From: Thermoanaerobaculia bacterium
GTDB taxonomy: Bacteria; Acidobacteriota; Thermoanaerobaculia; UBA5066
Direction of reading: 5' to 3'
Assembly: GCA_963816185.1 (NCBI GenBank)
Contig: CAWFJJ010000029.1
Location: 256,001 to 320,000 of the forward strand
DNA length: 64,000 nucleotides
How positions within the stretch are numbered: position 1 is the stretch's first letter; every line of letters starts with the position of its first letter. Positions 59,838 to 64,000 of the stretch are shown here, piece after piece. The notes beneath the pieces were generated by a model, which saw only the letters and a list, made by a program, of their open reading frames with translations, made no database searches and was not told the origin of the DNA. The translations under genes were made by a program, and so were the position numbers.

Positions 59838-60604
59838 AACCGATCAGAGCCTTCATCGCCGACGACGAGCCGCTTGCCCGCGAGTGGCTCCGCACGCTGC
59901 TCTCGGAGGAGCCGGGTGTCACGCTCGCCGGTGAGGCCCGGGACGGACGCGAGGCGATCACGGCCTTGAAGGAGACCAAGCCGGACCTCCTCTTCCTCGA
60001 CGTCCAGATGCCGGAGCTCGACGGCTTCGACGTGCTGCGCGGCCTCGACCCCGAGGCTCTTCCCGTCGTCGTCTTCGTCACCGCGTACGACGCGCACGCC
60101 CTGAAAGCGTTCGAGGTCCACGCGCTCGACTACCTCCTGAAGCCGTTCGAACGGGACCGGTTCCGGGTCGCGATGGAACGCGCCCGCGAGCAGCTCGCGC
60201 CCCGGGGCGGGGAAGCCGCGGCCAGGCGTCTCATCGAGCTGCTCGAGTCGCTCGGCGCGAAGGCGCGCGGGCTCGACCGCGTGGCCGTGAAAACCGAAGG
60301 CGTCATCAAGCTCATCAAGCTCTCGGACGTGGACTTCATCGAGGCTGCGGGCCGTTACGTCACGCTCCACGTCGGCAAGGAGCAGCACCTCGTACGCGAG
60401 ACCATGAACGAGCTCGAGGCGAAGCTCGACCCGACGGCCTTCGCGCGCGTTCACCGGTCGGCCATCGTGAACCTCGACCGCGTGAAGGAGCTGAAGACGG
60501 AGAGTCACGGCGAGGTCACGATCGTCCTTCCGGACGGCCGCACGCTGCGCTGGAGCCGCAGCTACCGCGAGCGGCTCGAGGCTCTCCTGGGATCCGCGGA
60601 ATAA
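59834..60604 (+). CDS. LytTR response regulator
   Basis: DDEPLAR, FLDVQMP, DYLLKP, FARVHRSAIVN; ATGA overlap. Confidence 0.93.
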   Translation: MKPIRAFIADDEPLAREWLRTLLSEEPGVTLAGEARDGREAITALKETKPDLLFLDVQMPELDGFDVLRGLDPEALPVVVFVTAYDAHALKAFEVHALDYLLKPFERDRFRVAMERAREQLAPRGGEAAARRLIELLESLGAKARGLDRVAVKTEGVIKLIKLSDVDFIEAAGRYVTLHVGKEQHLVRETMNELEAKLDPTAFARVHRSAIVNLDRVKELKTESHGEVTIVLPDGRTLRWSRSYRERLEALLGSAE

Positions 60605-60720
60605 CTCCGTCGACTTGACCCGGGTCCCCCTTCGGGATCAATCTTCGAGGTGCGCGAGGCCCGAGGCCCGCGACATCAGACCCGCCGGGAGCGAATAAGC
60701 CCCGGCGAAAGGAGCTCCTC

Positions 60721-61212
60721 ATGCATCCTGGATTCATGTCCTGGTGGGCGAGGCACCATGGCCCGTCCGGTTACGAGTACGCCGCCGCAGGTTGCGGCCC
60801 CGGCCGCGCCCGCTGGCACGATACTGAGAGCCGTTTTACCTCGCACGGCGACGAGCCGGGCGGCTTTGGCGGCCCGTTCGGCGTCCGGCGCCCGCTGCGA
60901 TTTCTCGCTTTCAAGCTCGGCCTCGACGACAGCCAGACGGCCGAGCTCGCGGCCATTCTCGACGACCTGAAGACCGAGCGCGCGCAGGCCGCGGTCGACC
61001 ACCGGCGGATGACGTCCGCCGTGGCCGACCTCTTCGCGGCGGCGGCGTTCGACGCCGCGAAAGTCGCCCAGGCCGGCGCCGCGCGCGTCACGAGCGCCAC
61101 GCGCCTCGCGGACGCGCAGGCGAAAGCGCTCCAACGCGTCCACGCGATGCTCGACGACGAGCAGCGGAAGGCGTTCGCGTACTTGCTTCGCACCGGCATC
61201 ATCGCCATCTGA
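60721..61212 (+). CDS. Spy/CpxP-like helical protein
   Basis: LGLDDSQ...LDDEQR pattern; AAGGAG RBS. Confidence 0.7.
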   Translation: MHPGFMSWWARHHGPSGYEYAAAGCGPGRARWHDTESRFTSHGDEPGGFGGPFGVRRPLRFLAFKLGLDDSQTAELAAILDDLKTERAQAAVDHRRMTSAVADLFAAAAFDAAKVAQAGAARVTSATRLADAQAKALQRVHAMLDDEQRKAFAYLLRTGIIAI

Positions 61213-61281
61213 TCGGATCCTGACGAATCGTCCGCGCGGAGCGTCCTCGGGCGCCGCTCCGCGCGGTTCTACAATGTCTGC

Positions 61282-61818
61282 ATGCATCCGCGGATGGCCG
61301 AGATCGCCGCTTATCTCGACGAAACGCGCGCCGCGATCGTCCGGGCCGTCACGCCCCTTTCGCCGGAAGACGCGGCGCGCCGCCCTTCGCTCGAAGCCTG
61401 GAGCGTCGACGAGATCCTGACGCATCTCTCGCTCGTCGAGCCCGGGGTCGCGAAGAGGGTCGCCAAGAGCGTCGGAAAGGCGAAGGGTGAGGGCCTCGAG
61501 CGCGAGACGTCCGTCGCGTCGGTCCTCGGCTCTCTCGACGGCCTCGAGAGGCTGAACGAAAAGCAGGTCGCGCCGGAATTCGTGGAGCCGAAAGACGTCC
61601 ACTCCAAGTCCGAGGTGCTCGCCGCGCTCGCGCTCTCGCGCGAGAGCCTCCGGCACGCGATGGGGGAGGCCGACGGCTGGGCGCTCGAGAAGGTCGTCGC
61701 CCCGCATCCCCGCCTCGGGACGATCGACATGTACCAGTGGCTCGTCTTCGTGGGGCATCACGAGCGCCGGCATCTCGCCCAGATCGAGCGCACGATCGCC
61801 TCCGTGGCGGGGCGCTGA
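61282..61818 (+). CDS. DinB family protein
   Basis: WSVDEILTHL, HPRLG, HHERRHLAQI. Confidence 0.88.
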   Translation: MHPRMAEIAAYLDETRAAIVRAVTPLSPEDAARRPSLEAWSVDEILTHLSLVEPGVAKRVAKSVGKAKGEGLERETSVASVLGSLDGLERLNEKQVAPEFVEPKDVHSKSEVLAALALSRESLRHAMGEADGWALEKVVAPHPRLGTIDMYQWLVFVGHHERRHLAQIERTIASVAGR

Positions 61819-61855
61819 AGGCGACTCTGCTATCCTCGCCGGTCCGATCGAGTGC

Positions 61856-61932
61856 GGTGGGAGTAGCTCAGTCGGTAGAGCGTCGGATTGTGGTTCCGAA
61901 TGTCGCGGGTTCGACCCCCGTCTTCCACCCCA
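61856..61932 (+). tRNA. tRNA-His (GTG)
   Basis: G-1, acceptor stem GTGGGAG/CTTCCAC, anticodon stem-loop TCGGA-TTGTGGT-TCCGA, TTCGA T-loop, C discriminator, encoded CCA; extended -10 TGcTATCCT upstream. Confidence 0.95.
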
Positions 61933-61954
61933 GCCATCTTTTTCGAATCCTCGC

Positions 61955-62031
61955 GCGCCCGTAGCTCAGCTGGATAGAGCGTCAGACTCCGGATCTGAAG
62001 GCCTCCGGTTCGAATCCGGACGGGCGCACCA
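61955..62031 (+). tRNA. tRNA-Arg (CCG)
   Basis: GCGCCCG/CGGGCGC acceptor stem, TCAGA-CTCCGGA-TCTGA anticodon arm, GGTTCGAATCC, encoded CCA. Confidence 0.95.
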
Positions 62032-62890
62032 TGTATCTCCGAAGCCGTATCCTCGGCTTCCAGCGCGTAGGAACGAGCCGGTTTCCGCCGTCGATCCCCC
62101 ACCGAGCGAGGGCGGTGTCGCGGGGGCGTATCAGGGCGCACCAACCTAACCCCCTACCCCATAAGCATTTCGAACGCGCAGAGATTCAACCTCTCCTGAG
62201 CCGTGCCGCCGACCAGCCGATGGCGGGGGACGGTCGCGAGGGCCTACCTTCCGAAGGGGAGTCTCCAAAGGGGGGAGTATGTGTTGTTCGCTGGTTGGCT
62301 ACCGTATCGCCGCGTTGTTCGTGTGTGTTCTTTTCGCCCCGACCGCCCTGGCCGCAGAGGAAATCGATGTCAAGAGCTGGACGGCTCCTCCGTACTGGAG
62401 GACGCCGGCGGTTTCACCTGACGAACGAAGCGGACGCGATGCCCTCGCTGCGGGGCGCCCATGTATCTCCGAAGCCGTATCCTCGGCTTCCAGCGCGTAG
62501 GAACGAGCCGGTTTCCGCCGTCGATCCCCCACCGAGCGAGGGCGGTGTCGCGGGGGCGTATCAGGGCGCACCAACCTAACCCCCTACCCCATAAGCATTT
62601 CGAACGCGCAGAGATTCAACCTCTCCTGAGCCGTGCCGCCGACCAGCCGATGGCGGGGGACGGTCGCGAGGGCCTACCTTCCGAAGGGGAGTCTCCAAAG
62701 GGGGGAGTATGTGTTGTTCGCTGGCTGGCAACCGTATCGCCGCGTTGTTCGTGTGTGTTCTTCTCGCCCCGACCGCTCTGGTCGCAGAGGAAATCGATGT
62801 CAAGAGCTGGACGGCTCCTCCGTACTGGACGCCGCCAGGGGTTTCACCTGAAGAACAAAGCGGGCGCAGCCCGCTCGCTTCGGGGCGCCA
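62031..62890 (+). repeat. 430-bp tandem direct duplication (62031-62460 and 62461-62890) starting at the tRNA-Arg 3' end
   Basis: Both copies begin ATGTATCTCCGAAGCC; identical for ~264 bp, then ~19 substitutions (manual count) in the last ~166 bp. Confidence 0.95.
62279..62500 (+). pseudogene. truncated 5' copy/paralog of the downstream surface-protein gene
   Basis: MCCSLVGYRIAALFVCVLFAPTALAAEEIDVKSWTAPPYW...; homology ends at 62460. Confidence 0.75.
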
Positions 62891-64000
62891 GGCATCGGTA
62901 ACGAGCCCGGTCCCCCTGCCCTTCGTCGCCGTGACGCCGTGCCGCATGGTCGACACCCGCGGCAATGCGCCCATGACGGGCGGTTTCCTGCCTGCCGCAA
63001 TCGTACGAAGCTATACGCTCACCGGCGTCTGCAACATTCCCTCGAACGCCAAGGCGATCTCCCTGAACGCCACGGCCACGAATACCGCCGGTCCTGGGTT
63101 TCTGGAGCTCTGGCCGGAGGGTGAAGCGCTCCCGGGAGTGTCGACGCTGAACTTCGTCGCGGGGCAGACGGTCGCAAATGCTGCCGTCGTCCCCCTGAGC
63201 GCCTCCGGAGGCATCTCGATGGTGTTTGGCGTCTCGGGCGCCGATGTCATTCTGGACACGAACGGCTACTACTCGCCTCTGGGAGTCGTCAACAGCCTGA
63301 ACGGGCAGGCAGGCGCCCTGACTCTCGCAGCGGGAGCCAACGTATCCATCACGCCCTCGGCCAACACGCTCACGATCGCCGCGGTCGCAGGAGGTCCGCC
63401 GACCGGGCCGGCGGGAGGGGCCCTTACGGGGACGTACCCGAACCCGGGGATTGCCAGCGGGCTGTTCGCGAGCCTCGCCGCCAACACATTCACCGGGACA
63501 CAGACGATCAGCGGCGGGAACCTGGCTCTGCCGGCGACCTCCGGCAGCACGGGGGGTGTCCTGACCTTGGGCGGGCAGAGCTACCTGCACGCATTCGGGG
63601 GCGCGACGAACACGTTCGTGGGCGGGCAGGCGGGCGGACTGTTTGCGACGACGGGGATGGCCAATACGGCGGTGGGGTATCTGAGCCTGCAGTCCAATAC
63701 AACCGGCCATGACAACGTGGCGGTCGGAAGCGATTCGCTGACCGGGAACAGCACCGGCATTGGCAACGTGGCGGTCGGAAGCGATTCGCTGACCGGGAAC
63801 AGCACCGGCAGTTACAACTCGGCGTTCGGGTATCAGAGCCTGCTCGTGAGCACGGACGGTTCGTACAACTCGGCGTTCGGCAGAGGCAGCCTGCTGTACA
63901 ACACGACTGGCCGTTCCAACGTGGCGTTCGGATATGGCAGCCTGCAGAGAAACACGACCGGCGGGTTCAACGTGGCCCTCGGCTTTCTTGCCGGCGAACA
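62709..64000 (+). CDS. secreted surface / tail-fibre-like protein (PCRxxDTR...DxNGYY domain plus 17-aa NxAxG beta-solenoid repeats); runs off the window
   Basis: Manual translation, absent from the track: GGGGGAG RBS, signal peptide, FVAVTPCRMVDTRG, STLNF, VANAAVV, DVILDTNGYY, GTYPNP, repeats such as NVAVGSDSLTGNSTG; no stop seen before 64000. Confidence 0.85.
   Translation, partial: MCCSLAGNRIAALFVCVLLAPTALVAEEIDVKSWTAPPYWTPPGVSPEEQSGRSPLASGRQASVTSPVPLPFVAVTPCRMVDTRGNAPMTGGFLPAAIVRSYTLTGVCNIPSNAKAISLNATATNTAGPGFLELWPEGEALPGVSTLNFVAGQTVANAAVVPLSASGGISMVFGVSGADVILDTNGYYSPLGVVNSLNGQAGALTLAAGANVSITPSANTLTIAAVAGGPPTGPAGGALTGTYPNPGIASGLFASLAANTFTGTQTISGGNLALPATSGSTGGVLTLGGQSYLHAFGGATNTFVGGQAGGLFATTGMANTAVGYLSLQSNTTGHDNVAVGSDSLTGNSTGIGNVAVGSDSLTGNSTGSYNSAFGYQSLLVSTDGSYNSAFGRGSLLYNTTGRSNVAFGYGSLQRNTTGGFNVALGFLAGE
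63713..63810 (+). repeat. perfect 47-bp direct repeat with 51-bp period within the 17-aa repeat array
   Basis: CAACGTGGCGGTCGGAAGCGATTCGCTGACCGGGAACAGCACCGGCA at 63713-63759 and 63764-63810. Confidence 0.9.

Noticed and set aside
62031-62890. CRISPR array or IS element
   Set aside because: Only two 430-bp units, with no short repeat/spacer periodicity, cas genes, transposase or terminal inverted repeats.

Overview
GC-rich (roughly two-thirds G+C by eye) bacterial chromosomal window. The gene content suggests Acidobacteriota, possibly Thermoanaerobaculia (inference). Several clearly homologous genes are broken by single-base indels, most densely at ~9.1-14.1 kb, which points to uncorrected long-read errors. 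The metabolic genes include an acpS / acyl-AMP ligase / ACP / kbl-like operon, tryptophanase, fhs, tartrate/malate dehydrogenase and pheA-DAHP synthase. Signalling genes include a GGDEF-EAL protein, a PAS hybrid kinase, LytS/LytTR and BLUF. The window also has efflux pumps, many secreted proteins, one intact and one decayed toxin-antitoxin locus, and tRNA-His plus tRNA-Arg followed by a 430-bp tandem duplication. The top candidate for a new system is a two-gene cassette at 29.7-33.1 kb: a secreted metallopeptidase with a Cys-containing C-terminal sorting tail (CSC-TM-RRRRR, MYXO-CTERM-like) directly followed by a divergent Lgt paralog, suggesting dedicated C-terminal lipid anchoring. Next best are the ACP-linked Kbl operon, the tRNA-Arg-anchored mosaic duplication and an exported rhodanese-serine hydrolase fusion. 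No integrase, transposase, CRISPR array or rRNA was seen.
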